A stretch of DNA of 64,000 nt from Hamiltosporidium tvaerminnensis FI-OER-3-3 (taxonomy: Eukaryota > Fungi > Microsporidia), in the NCBI GenBank assembly GCA_022605425.2, contig JAKIMF020000007.1:124001-188000 (forward strand), given 5' to 3'. Below the pieces are notes generated by a model that was not told where the DNA came from, did not search any database, and worked only from the letters and a program-made list of their open reading frames with translations. Each line of letters begins with the position of its first letter. The first letter of the stretch is position 1. Both the position numbers and the translations under genes were made by a program. Below, one piece after another: positions 10,823-21,537 of this stretch.

Positions 10823-13800
10823 TTTAATAAAATTCTGGGTTAAAATATTTTTAACATTTTTATATGTTTTCTTCTACCTCTTTAACCACATTTGTCTCTT
10901 CTTCCAAATCCGACTCTTCATTTATGTTATTGGTCGGTTCCTCTAAAGTGGTTCCTCTAAAGTGGTTCCTCCTTGTAAAATAAAGGGGGCTTTATATTTT
11001 GGTTTAAAATTTTTGGCACCATCTTCCTCTGTTTTCGCTTCTTTTAAAGGGGGTATTGGTTCCTCATGCATCTCTGATCTCATAATAACACCCATTGACG
11101 CTCTCTCCCAGCTCTCTTCGGCATTTAGTCCTGACTCAAGTCCTCTTCGTCGATCAAAGGAAATAGTTTCGACTGTCTTTTTAAGTACTATAGACTGAAT
11201 GTATGCTTCTACATTCATGGGTATTTCTAGTCTTTTAAGATGAGATTTATGGTATTTTGTCACAATACCGTCCCAGGTCATCACATAAGGGATTATCTCA
11301 ACACTACACTTATAAATAAGGCCCAACTCATTGGCTAGCAGGTCATACTTCCTAAGTTTTTCAGTTTCAACTATTTGAAGTGAATCTTGGGAAGTGATTC
11401 CTACTTCAATGAGTGTTATCTTATTCTTCTTCTTATCTAAAATAAATATGTCCGGTCTGTTATTCCGAATTTTAACATCAGTTTTAATTCTGGTGTCCAC
11501 TCTTATCTCTGCATACTCATTATCAAGAATTTCTTGAACTGAGTGGCTCCTTATTCGTTTTGAAGACTTAAACTTATATCTATTAAGAAGGAGAAGGTGT
11601 AGGCATCTAACCACTTCATTATGCCGTCTAGTGTAATCATGGCCTAGCATTTTTTCACATCTAGTTGCTAGATGATCCACAGTCTTACCAGACTTCCCGC
11701 AATGTTGACACACACCATCTGCTCCCCAGAATACATTTCTATCCTGGATATAGCAGAACACAGCTTCATTTCGTGGCCTAATATTTCCTCTCTTTAGCCA
11801 TCTTGAAGAGTCACTAACACTCACAAGCTCATTTTTCCTTGCATTATATAACTTTGAATGGAGTTTTCGTTTTTCTATTTCGTTATATAGTTTTGCAAGT
11901 TGAGCTTCTTCTAAACTTTTCTTAGTGACTTCTTCTACCAACCTGTACTTTACTTTTAAGAAGCCTTTTATTAGTGCAAGATGGGTTTTATTATTATTCT
12001 CCACCTTGAGGATTGCTGCTCGTCTAGTTGATATTTCTTTACTTTTTTCCAGACAATCCAAGAGTTGCAGAAGCATATGTTCGCTTCGCAACTCAACACT
12101 ATGTAGACCTCTTCCAAGTTCTGTTCTAGGAAGATACAACCGCTCTTTACATCCTGGGCGGAGATGTATCTTATTTTTAACCAACACCGCACGCACTGCC
12201 TCATCTAACTTAGAGAAGTCAGCCGGTTCAAGTCGAAGTACTCCTATGTGGTAGTTGATTAACGATATCGCATGTTGATTGATTGCAGAAAATAAATTTT
12301 TTGCATTTAATCTAGTGTGACAAAGTCTTTCAACTCTTGATATAAGTTTGCTCTGTACTTCTTCAAATGAGCTACGTGTTGGGATTCCTCTGCTATCTTC
12401 TATTATTCCTAAATATTTGTAAACACTAACACCTTCTAGAAGAGTAGCAGTATCTTCACAACACGTATCATTTGTGGCTGACTTCTCTTTGTTAATCTCT
12501 AAGCCAATCACCTCTAAAAATTCCTTTGCCTCGCCTGTCATAACACTCAATGTGGAGCTGTCTTTTGCAAGGAGCTTAAGATCATCAATAAACAAGAGAT
12601 GATTAGTAGAATGGGATTCTGCATCTGTTTGTACTGTCACTTTTGTGTATTTTTCATTAAGCTTTCGGCTTAATGGATCCATACACAACACAAATAACAA
12701 AGGTGACAGACTATCTTTTTGTAGAATTCCTCTATCAATCTTCTTGCTCATGATTTTTTCAGGCCCTACTGATATATCAATTTTCCATTTTGATATAATT
12801 ACCTTAATGAATTTCAGGATCCAATCAGGTAAATTAAGGTTTTCAATGCATTGAGTTAAATAAGCATGATCTATTGAATCATAAGCTGTTTTAACATCAA
12901 TCCATGTTGCCTTAAGGTTATTTCCATACTCTTTATTTAAGGCAATATTCAGTAGAGCCTGCTCTTTCGCTCCCTGCACACCTCTTACCGCCCCTAATTG
13001 GTTCTCTGCAAGCAACCCTCGCCTTTCCACTTCAATTTGAACGACTTTCGTAGCACACTTTGTCGTTAGCTTGTAGAGGTTGGACATACAAGTGATTGGC
13101 CTGTAGTCAGAGCCTCGTCGTGGAATTCCTTTCGGTATCAAATACGTAAGCCCGCAGTAAAACCAATCAGCTTGAGTTGTTCCTTCTAAACATATAACTT
13201 TCACAATATCATAAAAATATTTGTGAAGAGTTGTAAGTTTCTTAATGAAAAAATTGTAAATACCATCAATTCCAGCAGCTTTCCAATTAGGGAGCCAATT
13301 AATGATATTCACAAATTCATCAAGTGAAGGAAACGTGGTCGGATGATTATCTGATACAAATGGAATCAAATAATCATCGTACGTGACTGTGTCATCATTT
13401 TTGTTCCACATTGTAGACCAAAAACTCACAATTTCATCACGGCTAACCACATGCTCAATTTCTACACGCTCAGATAACCCACGATAAAATCGACCTCGGA
13501 AAAGCTCAAACATACGATTCTCTTTTCGGAATTGCTTCCTACTTTCATGCATCGTAATTTTTTTCTCGTAAACATTCAAAGACTCATTCTTCTTAACTAA
13601 AGCCTCAGAAAGATCAGTTACGCTGCTCAAGTTTAAATTAAACTCTCGCATGATTTTCTTAAGGCTCTTCGTTTCCGAAGTGGAGAGCTTTTCCTGCTTA
13701 CGAGCTTTCTCGAGGAGATCTTTGGAAAGTACTAACTTAGAAATTTTACTTTCTATGTTTTCCTTCCAAGCGGATCTAGGCTTCTCTTTACGTGTTGCCT

Positions 13801-14132
13801 CGTCATAGCATACCTGCGCAGCTTGCATGATATACGCGGCTTCCGTAATTGACTCAGGTACATGAGCTCCTGCATATTCACCGACTACTCGATTTATGAG
13901 ATCCAGAACTTTACTATCAACCAATTCATTTGGATGTTTTCTAGTTCGGACACCCACTTTTCCAATTTCGTTCTCCGAGATTTCTTTGATTTTACTCAAG
14001 AATTATCTCTCAGGTTTAGGTACTCCGTGGTGTCGGTCAAGGTGCATGTATCAGCGAGATAAGTGGCGATTCTACGTCGCTCTCCATTCTCTTCTGATTT
14101 TACATCCTTTCCCATCTCACTTTGTGCCAATT
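10823..14132 (-). mobile_element. 5'-truncated non-LTR retrotransposon of RT + restriction-like endonuclease type (R4/Dong-like)
   Basis: Bounded by an exact 14-bp TSD TTGGGAAAAACTTA (10809-10822 and 14133-14146). 3' end ...CCCAGAATTTTATTAAA. Contains the RT-REL ORF. Confidence 0.92.
10943..13999 (-). CDS. Reverse transcriptase + CCHC + REL endonuclease polyprotein (probably inactive)
   Basis: RT motifs KAAGIDG, YRPITC, NQLG, WIDVKTAYDS, GILQKDSLSPLLF, LFIDDLKL, YKYLG. Zinc knuckle CQHC...H...C. REL motifs RHNEV, RPDI, IEVG, KxxKY. The frame continues upstream to 14132 across a 1-bp frameshift near 14003. Confidence 0.93.
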   Translation of the reverse strand: MSKIKEISENEIGKVGVRTRKHPNELVDSKVLDLINRVVGEYAGAHVPESITEAAYIMQAAQVCYDEATRKEKPRSAWKENIESKISKLVLSKDLLEKARKQEKLSTSETKSLKKIMREFNLNLSSVTDLSEALVKKNESLNVYEKKITMHESRKQFRKENRMFELFRGRFYRGLSERVEIEHVVSRDEIVSFWSTMWNKNDDTVTYDDYLIPFVSDNHPTTFPSLDEFVNIINWLPNWKAAGIDGIYNFFIKKLTTLHKYFYDIVKVICLEGTTQADWFYCGLTYLIPKGIPRRGSDYRPITCMSNLYKLTTKCATKVVQIEVERRGLLAENQLGAVRGVQGAKEQALLNIALNKEYGNNLKATWIDVKTAYDSIDHAYLTQCIENLNLPDWILKFIKVIISKWKIDISVGPEKIMSKKIDRGILQKDSLSPLLFVLCMDPLSRKLNEKYTKVTVQTDAESHSTNHLLFIDDLKLLAKDSSTLSVMTGEAKEFLEVIGLEINKEKSATNDTCCEDTATLLEGVSVYKYLGIIEDSRGIPTRSSFEEVQSKLISRVERLCHTRLNAKNLFSAINQHAISLINYHIGVLRLEPADFSKLDEAVRAVLVKNKIHLRPGCKERLYLPRTELGRGLHSVELRSEHMLLQLLDCLEKSKEISTRRAAILKVENNNKTHLALIKGFLKVKYRLVEEVTKKSLEEAQLAKLYNEIEKRKLHSKLYNARKNELVSVSDSSRWLKRGNIRPRNEAVFCYIQDRNVFWGADGVCQHCGKSGKTVDHLATRCEKMLGHDYTRRHNEVVRCLHLLLLNRYKFKSSKRIRSHSVQEILDNEYAEIRVDTRIKTDVKIRNNRPDIFILDKKKNKITLIEVGITSQDSLQIVETEKLRKYDLLANELGLIYKCSVEIIPYVMTWDGIVTKYHKSHLKRLEIPMNVEAYIQSIVLKKTVETISFDRRRGLESGLNAEESWERASMGVIMRSEMHEEPIPPLKEAKTEEDGAKNFKPKYKAPFILQGGTTLEEPL

Positions 14133-14412
14133 TTGGGAAAAACTTACAAATAAATTTTTTCGTAATATAAAATTTTTTAAAAATGTTTTAAAATATCTAT
14201 TAAAATAGAAATGTAGAAGTTCGAAGAACAGTTTTGAAAAATATGTTTTTGTACCATTTTTACAAAACAAAAATAGATTAAAAAAAATTTCATTAAAGAT
14301 ATTGAAATTTCACGTCTTTTACAGAACAACTAGTTTATAATCCAACTTAGAAATAACTTAGTATGATTCATATGAATATTATTAAATCTTGTTTTAAATT
14401 TATTCTATGTTC

Positions 14413-14820
14413 ATATCATCATGATCGGCGCTACAGTCCTTGTAAAATCTTGGCCGCCGCAACAAAGTCAGTTCGCTATTCTTCTCACCTATACGTCTTC
14501 GCTCTCAAGTTGTGAACGCCGAGCTTCTGGGGGTCTATTGCGACATTATCCATCCATCTCTTGCGTGAGCGCCCTAGCGATCTGTGTCTCTCTAGCTTCG
14601 AGATTAAAACTCTATTTGAAATTCTATGGTTTTCTATCTTTTACACATGTCCAAGCCACCTCAATCGTCTTGCTTTAATAACATTTGCAATTCAGGGACT
14701 TCCGTAGAGCATTTCCAATTCCGCCTTAGTTCTGATTCTCCACTCAATGCCATCACAAACAGCACTGTAGATTTTTCGTTGTATTTCCATTCTCAACTCC
14801 GAAGAGTGTTTTGAGTCCTT
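14413..14820 (-). pseudogene. 3' fragment of an RTE-clade LINE
   Basis: Minus-strand translation ...RKIYSAVCDGIEWRIRTKAELEMLY...IKARRLRWLGHV*K...RSLGRSRKRWMDNV...AAAKILQGL* is the typical RTE C-terminus. ATG-type microsatellite tail; several stops. Confidence 0.88.
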
Positions 14821-14875
14821 ACATATTATTATATATTTGATTTAAAAACGGTGTTTGTTTAGAAAAATGGTACAA

Positions 14876-15807
14876 TGAAAAACCACATTAAAAACCAACT
14901 GCTAGGCAATGAGTATGTGAAATTGGTGTGGAAATCATTTTTTTGGAATCGAAGGATGTAATTAACATTATGTTTATGGTTGTTTTACGGCGACTTGAAT
15001 ATGGAATATATGATTTCTAAAATAGTGAAAAATTTCTACAAAAAAGTTTATAGTTCTTTATGTAACTATATTGGAAAAAAACAAAAAAATTGGATAATTT
15101 TATGTAAAATCATGGTAACCCAACCTAAATCACTCGCGTTAGAAGAAGTATCGTACTAGAAGAAAACATATTTATTTATCCTCGACACTACACCATGCAA
15201 AAGAGCCTTGGGCTTACTAATTAATGCTGCCTATCGGTCTCTTTATAGTGAGTTCGTTTACTTTTTTGGGTTTTGTAAAACAGTGGTTTTAAGGGGGTTG
15301 TTAGCCCTACGCTTAACCTCCAAACAGGAGGACCAGTCTCTTTTAATCGCCTCTTACGACAAGCAGGGAATACTCTAAGCCAATTCTGCTTTCAGCATGG
15401 TGGAGAAGAACATAAAACATAGTATTTACATAGCTAGAAATGCCAAGTTACTGTTTATGCATGTTGGTAGGATATTAAAAAGTCTATGTAGATCGCTTGT
15501 AAGTCACCTAATATATTTTATCTGGAAGTGTATTTAGTAAAAAAAATTGTAGATTTAGTGCGGATTCTGCTGATTTCGAGAAGAAAAATGTATGTTTATA
15601 TCCATAATCAGACACGGGCAACTGCTCTGTCATTTAAATGGGTTCTACACACCTTTAATATGTAAATCTTGAGATGTAGGAATCTTAGATATATTTATGG
15701 AATATCGAAAGTGCAGCTATCTATTAAAAATCTAGAAATGTGTTAAAGTCTCAAAAACAATCTAATATTTGCACGGTTATGAATGGATGTAATATTTATA
15801 AAAAAAA
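14876..15807 (+). mobile_element. Diverged third copy of the ~720-nt structured element, interrupted by a SINE
   Basis: Colinear blocks aaccacatt..ctgctaggcaatgagtatgtgaaattggtgtg (14881-14930), tgttggtaggatatt (15462), cgggcaactgc (15615) and ggttctacacacct (15642) match the copy at 47552-48270. Ends approximate. Confidence 0.75.
15171..15407 (-). mobile_element. ~230-bp RTE-tailed SINE-like element, copy 2 (nested)
   Basis: Family match. Flanked by agaagaaaacata (15158-15170) and agaagaacata/aaaacata (15404-15421), a probable TSD. Confidence 0.85.
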
Positions 15808-16201
15808 TCTAAAACTAATAAATTACATAAGAATAAACATTCAATTGATAATAAATAGGTCATTTTTAATAGAAATTGTTGTAAGATTATAGAAAAAAAA
15901 TATTTCAACTTATTCATAATAGTATTATGTTTATGAATACATCTTTATTCTTCAAAGAAATTGTACGAATATTTTCATTGGGGAATATGTAAATAGCTAT
16001 AGTTATAAAACCTACAGGTTTTCATGACAAGTTCAAAATAAATCTTGCTAAAATTAATATACCATATATTTATTCTGTTTTTAATATGTTTTTAAATTGT
16101 ACAATTATATATATTGAATTTATAAATTCATTAATTTAATCAATTTAATTAATTTAGCAAATAGTTATTATATATTTCATTTACATTTGGTTAAAGAAAA
16201 T

Positions 16202-16852
16202 ATGAAATATTTACGATTTAGCGATTTTATTTTTACATTCGTTTATTCATTTATAACTGGACTTTTTGTTATAGGTTTTAAATTGAGATTCAACATAATG
16301 TATATCTTGTATGTTCAGCTGATATGTATCAATTATATAAATGCATATTTACTAAGAAAAAATTTCGGCTTCTTTCAATACAATATTAGAAAGTCATTTA
16401 TGTATTTGATTGTACATGTGTCCTTTGTCATTACCTTTTATATCAACACATTTATAGAATTTCCGTCATTATTCTTTCATAGTGATGTCTATAGCTATAT
16501 TTTCAGATACATTGTTTCGTTAACTTTTCCTATTTCATCTTTTTTAACAGCAAAAATAATCAGAAAGAAAACCAGAAACGATATATTGTATCTTATTGTT
16601 TTAAATTTGTACTTTATTATATCCAAAGTAGTCCATAGTATGTTTTTTTATAAGTTTGCAGTTTTTTTCCCTCAGGTCGTATTTCAATCTGTACAATTTT
16701 TTGTTATGATTGTACTTTGTAACCTGATATTTAATCCATATGACACTCTTATGTTTATTTTTTTATATTTTATACCGTATTTACTGTGGCAAATGAATGA
16801 TTTGGTAAAACAATACATGTTTTATTTGAACAATGAATCAATAAACCTCTAA
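16202..16852 (+). CDS. Multi-pass membrane protein, unknown function
   Basis: ~216-aa ORF with 6-7 hydrophobic segments. First ATG at 16202. No family recognised. Confidence 0.6.
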   Translation: MKYLRFSDFIFTFVYSFITGLFVIGFKLRFNIMYILYVQLICINYINAYLLRKNFGFFQYNIRKSFMYLIVHVSFVITFYINTFIEFPSLFFHSDVYSYIFRYIVSLTFPISSFLTAKIIRKKTRNDILYLIVLNLYFIISKVVHSMFFYKFAVFFPQVVFQSVQFFVMIVLCNLIFNPYDTLMFIFLYFIPYLLWQMNDLVKQYMFYLNNESINL

Positions 16853-17175
16853 ATATTTTCAAGGTTTAATTTAATTAATAGTTTTAATTAACACTCTATT
16901 TAAATAATAAATATGATTGTGATTTTTATGTTTAAAGTGCAAAAAAAATATTTTAAATTGTAGAAAATCTTAAAAGTCTTTGATTAATTAAAAATATACC
17001 TGCAAAAAAGGCTTGAAAATGAGTAAATTAGGCACCATATTGAGACTTTTAGTTCTCTAAATACACTTCTACTTCAGAAATATAAATTTAAGCCTCCAGA
17101 ACGAATTAAGAACTTTTATATCCAAGTCTTATTTTAAAATGAGCATGGGGATATAAAAATATACCTCTGAAAAAA

Positions 17176-17413
17176 TTCATTCATTAATCTTTGGCACTAC
17201 AGCCTTGTGCGAGCCTTGGCCACCCTTAGTAATACCACCCACCGGTTTTTTTCAGTGGATTTGTTTACTTATGGGTTTCGTAAAAAGGTAGTTTTGAAAG
17301 GTGGGTTGTTGGCCCTAAGCTCAACCCAAACATAGAGGATCAGTCTTTTTTAGTCGCCTCTTACGACAAGCAAAGAATACTCCAAGCCAATTCTGCTCCC
17401 GGCATGGTGGAAG
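17176..17413 (-). mobile_element. ~230-bp RTE-tailed SINE-like element, copy 3
   Basis: Contains tagtcgcctcttacgacaagc and ccaagccaattctgctcccggcatggtgg, shared with the other copies. Confidence 0.88.
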
Positions 17414-18246
17414 ATCTCTCGATAAAATACAACATCAAAGTTATAAATATAGACGGATATATTTGTGTACACGCCCGAAAAACATGATTAGTTTCTTTTA
17501 CAGGCGAATCACTACCCAGGAGTCACTTAAAATACCAGAAACGGAAAAACTTAGAACTGATGTCCTCTTAGCAAATGATTTAGGTTTTATTTATAAATGT
17601 ACTGTAAAAATATTTCATATGTTACAACAGAAGTAGTATTATGACTAATATCATAAAAGTTCAATCAAAAATTTCAAATATAGTAAGATAGAGGCATATA
17701 TTGAGTCAATAATATTCAAATGAAAGCCAAAATCGTTTTTTATAATTGACTAAGTAAATCAGAGTCAAGCAAATACCGATGAGTTCTAGAAGAAGAAATC
17801 ACCGGACTATATTAAACAATTGAGTCATTAAACTCCTATAACCATTTGAAAACTCAAAGTAGAAGATTTTTTTTGTGCCAAGTAAGATTAAGATGCAGAT
17901 ATTTGAATTCCAAATTATCATTGATAAGACCTTGACTCTGGTTCAATAAATAACACCAAATTGAGCCAAAACCATATTAGGTGCAAATAAAGCTTAAAAG
18001 TGTAAAAACATAATAAATAAAACCCAACAATATATTTCTTTGTGGTAGAAAAAAAATGTATTTTTTTCATTAAATTTATAAACTTTTTGACACAATTTCT
18101 TTGCTACCAAAAATTTTTTTGCTTTCTAAAGATTTACATTCTTTTTAAAATATTTTTTTGTTTATAAAAAAAACTTTTTTATTTTCATCAAATTTATTGG
18201 CAATTTCATAAATTTAAACAAAATTTTTTCTTTCATTTCAAGGGTT

Positions 18247-19266
18247 ATGATTCAATGTGAAATTAGTGTATCAAAAAACAACATTGCAGGTTTTATTAGC
18301 TCGTCAGAAATAAAATTAAATAAAAAAGAGTTTTCCAGTGAAGAATCTATAAAATTACAAATTATAAAATTTCAAATATTAGGAAAATTCACAGTTGGTG
18401 AAGATATAACAATATTCTTACAATCTATTCCACTTCCTATTTTGGTAAACGATATTATTAAGTTACCCATAACGTATAATATTGAGTTTATATTACCAGA
18501 AAATTCACCACCTAGTATATATACTACATGTTTTTCTGTAACTTATGAAATTTCTATTGAAATCCTTGATTTTTCAAATATTTCATATATTTTTAGAAAT
18601 TGTTTTGCTGTAAGCACACAAAAAATAATAAATTTGGAATTTTTTTTTAGTAATCTATTGATTGTACCACATAATATGATAAGAATTGTGGGCAAAGGGT
18701 CATCAACAATTGCAAAAGCAATAAAAAATTTAAGATACTTGGAATTTGCTGATGAAGATAAAGATATTAAAGATATAATCGATAAAATTAAACAATTAAA
18801 TTTCATAGAAACAATTAAAAATGATTATATAAATTCTTTGAACAAATTTGACAACGACCTGGTATTGTTACAGCAGTATACAATACAGCCCGATATTTCT
18901 AGAGACAAAAAAAGGTTTTTTGTAACTAAAAATGACAACAAAATTTGTGAAATTGAAATAAATAAACTTCATTTTAAAGATGATTATATAAAATTCAAGA
19001 TCAATTACATTGTAAATATTAAAATAACTAAGATTGAAATATATAGGAATATATTGTCTTCTATTGGAAATAATATACATGAGAAAATAGAAGATGATAC
19101 TATTTATAGTGATAGTTGTTTATATTGTGAATGGAAAGGTGCTATTGACCATAAGTATATATTTGATATAAAATGCTATGATTTTGTTGTTTCGCATTTT
19201 ATATCGTTCGAATTTGATAGTTTCAAAATACAAATACCAATGGTAATTCTTAAAAATAGTAAATAG
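18247..19266 (+). CDS. Arrestin-fold / Rgp1-like protein
   Basis: 339-aa ORF with 'FILPENSPPSIYTTCFSVTYEI' (LPxxxPPS...Y motif of Rgp1/arrestin-N folds). GGG motif before the ATG. Confidence 0.55.
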   Translation: MIQCEISVSKNNIAGFISSSEIKLNKKEFSSEESIKLQIIKFQILGKFTVGEDITIFLQSIPLPILVNDIIKLPITYNIEFILPENSPPSIYTTCFSVTYEISIEILDFSNISYIFRNCFAVSTQKIINLEFFFSNLLIVPHNMIRIVGKGSSTIAKAIKNLRYLEFADEDKDIKDIIDKIKQLNFIETIKNDYINSLNKFDNDLVLLQQYTIQPDISRDKKRFFVTKNDNKICEIEINKLHFKDDYIKFKINYIVNIKITKIEIYRNILSSIGNNIHEKIEDDTIYSDSCLYCEWKGAIDHKYIFDIKCYDFVVSHFISFEFDSFKIQIPMVILKNSK

Positions 19267-21537
19267 AGCTAAATTTTAATCAAATTATAAATTTTTTCAT
19301 AAATTATTTGAATTAAATTTTAAAATTAGATTAGTTCAAATATATTTCTCTTATAATATCAATCCCTTCCTTATCTAAATTAAATTGCATAAATTATAAT
19401 AATAATATTTATTTATGTTTAAGACTGATAATCTTTCAAAGATAAAATTGTTTAAATATTGCCTATTTTAACAGATTAAATAAATGAAGAAAAAAATGAA
19501 AATAAATTTGACTTCAAGTAATTCTCATTAAAATGTCTTGTTTTTTAAAAACGGCTTCGAATCGAATGAGACGGTGATTAACAATTAAATTTGTCAAAAT
19601 TTGAATTTTAATTAGAAATAAAATCAAATATTGAATATAATACAGTTTATTACACGGATATTCAAGAATCCAAAATTTTTTAATTTGCTAATAATTTCTT
19701 TTGTTGCCATAAACCACCGTAAACGTTTAAAATAAAATAAACAGCCTTTAATTAAGGTAGAATAATTTTTACAAATTTAAAATTATTGATATATTTTTGT
19801 CTAAAGAAGACGTTCTATACAAACTAAATTTAAACCAAAACTTTTAAAAAAGAAAAGTATGTAGGAACCTTAATTTAATTTTACATATCTGCCTGCATCA
19901 AATTTTTATATAGAGGAAATATTTAAAACACGATCTATTAATTATTTATTCAATTCATCAGCCAATGACATATTATTCACATTTTTTATTTTCCCATATA
20001 ATTTTCTTTATTAATGTCTCGATTTAAAACAATTTATTCCTTTTAATATCACACATTGAGGCTATTTCTCTACTCTTTGCAGTATTTTGTTCTGCTCCAT
20101 ATCCTCTTCTTCAATTTAAAGAATTGTTTAAACTGTCTTTTTGAGTACTATTGATTGTATATATGTCTCGTTATCATAGGTATTTGTAGTCTTTTGAGGT
20201 TTGTCTTATGTTATTTTGTCACAATATCGACCCAGGTTATCACAAAAGGAATTATCACAAGAATAAACTTATAAACAAAACCTAACTCGCTTATCATCGG
20301 TAAAATTCCTTAGTTTTTCCTTTCAAATATTTTATGCGAATCTTGGTAATTACTTCCTAGTTCAATGAGAGAATCATATTTTACTCTCTTTGCTCATATA
20401 ATATATTTATGAAATTCACTTTAAAAGAGCTATTTACCTGCGAAAATCGTTGAAATCATGCAGACTGTGGATTATTTTTGGTAAAAAATATAAACATATG
20501 AAAGAATATTATAATTTAGATGAATATTATTAATTTTAAACCAGACAAATTCAATTTATTTTACATTTATAAATAGAAAAATACATTTAATATTTAAAGC
20601 AACCAATATTAATTTACATCTGAAAATAAATGCTTAATTGGTCTGAATCATGCAATTTAATTTCTTTTTGGAAGGTCTTCCCGAATTGAACTAATTTATT
20701 TATAAAAAATATATATTAAATTTTAAGAAAAAATGTAACAATCACACAATCATTTGAATTTAAATTATTTTCCTTACGAAATGAAATACATAACTTTTAA
20801 AAGCTTGGGTAATAAAAATCTCAATAATGATCTTAATGTATGTTATTGTTTACAACTCATTCTTATTTCGAAGCGCAAGAACCATCACAGTTTACAGCTT
20901 TTCCCTGTGTTTAAGTACAAACGTATAGATAATATTTATAGAGTAATTTTAGAATAAATTAATAAACCATTTATTTTTGAGTAATATTAATAAAATGTAA
21001 TATCTTTGAAAAATTATTTTCTACATAGAAGTTTTTTTAGGAAATACACACCAAGTTCAAGCGTTTAAATTTAATGAAAGATTAATATTTTCAAAATTTT
21101 CTAATATAAATTCTATTCTTTTAGTTTTAATTGTAGAAATATCTTAGAAAAATCATATTGTAAATATTGATCAAATTATATCTCTACACAACTTTTATAA
21201 AAATTTAAATATATACTAAATTTGGGAAATTAATAAATAAAATATCATGTTTAAATGTATTCTTAATAAAAGTTTTGATGTATAATTTAATTAAATTAAA
21301 ATAAAAGTTAAGTGTCAATTATATTTAAGATTAAACTTATTTGTAAATTAAGTCTTTTGTTTATATTTTCTTGTGCAATTTATCTTTTTTATTAATTAAA
21401 ATTTTATATTTTAAGGATATTTAAATTATATTAATCTATCAAATATATTTAAATTAAAAAAATATTATTTAAAAAATGATATTTATTTGTTTAATTTATC
21501 AAATAAAAAATATATAAGAAAGTAAAAATGAGCAATT

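Noticed and set aside
713-14153. Short antisense/overlapping ORFs inside the PCI, BRCA2 and LINE genes
   Set aside because: Shadow frames of real coding sequence with no independent motifs.
17430-18000. Possible Ty3/Gypsy RT remnant (DLDSG-like word)
   Set aside because: Too few motifs to support by eye.
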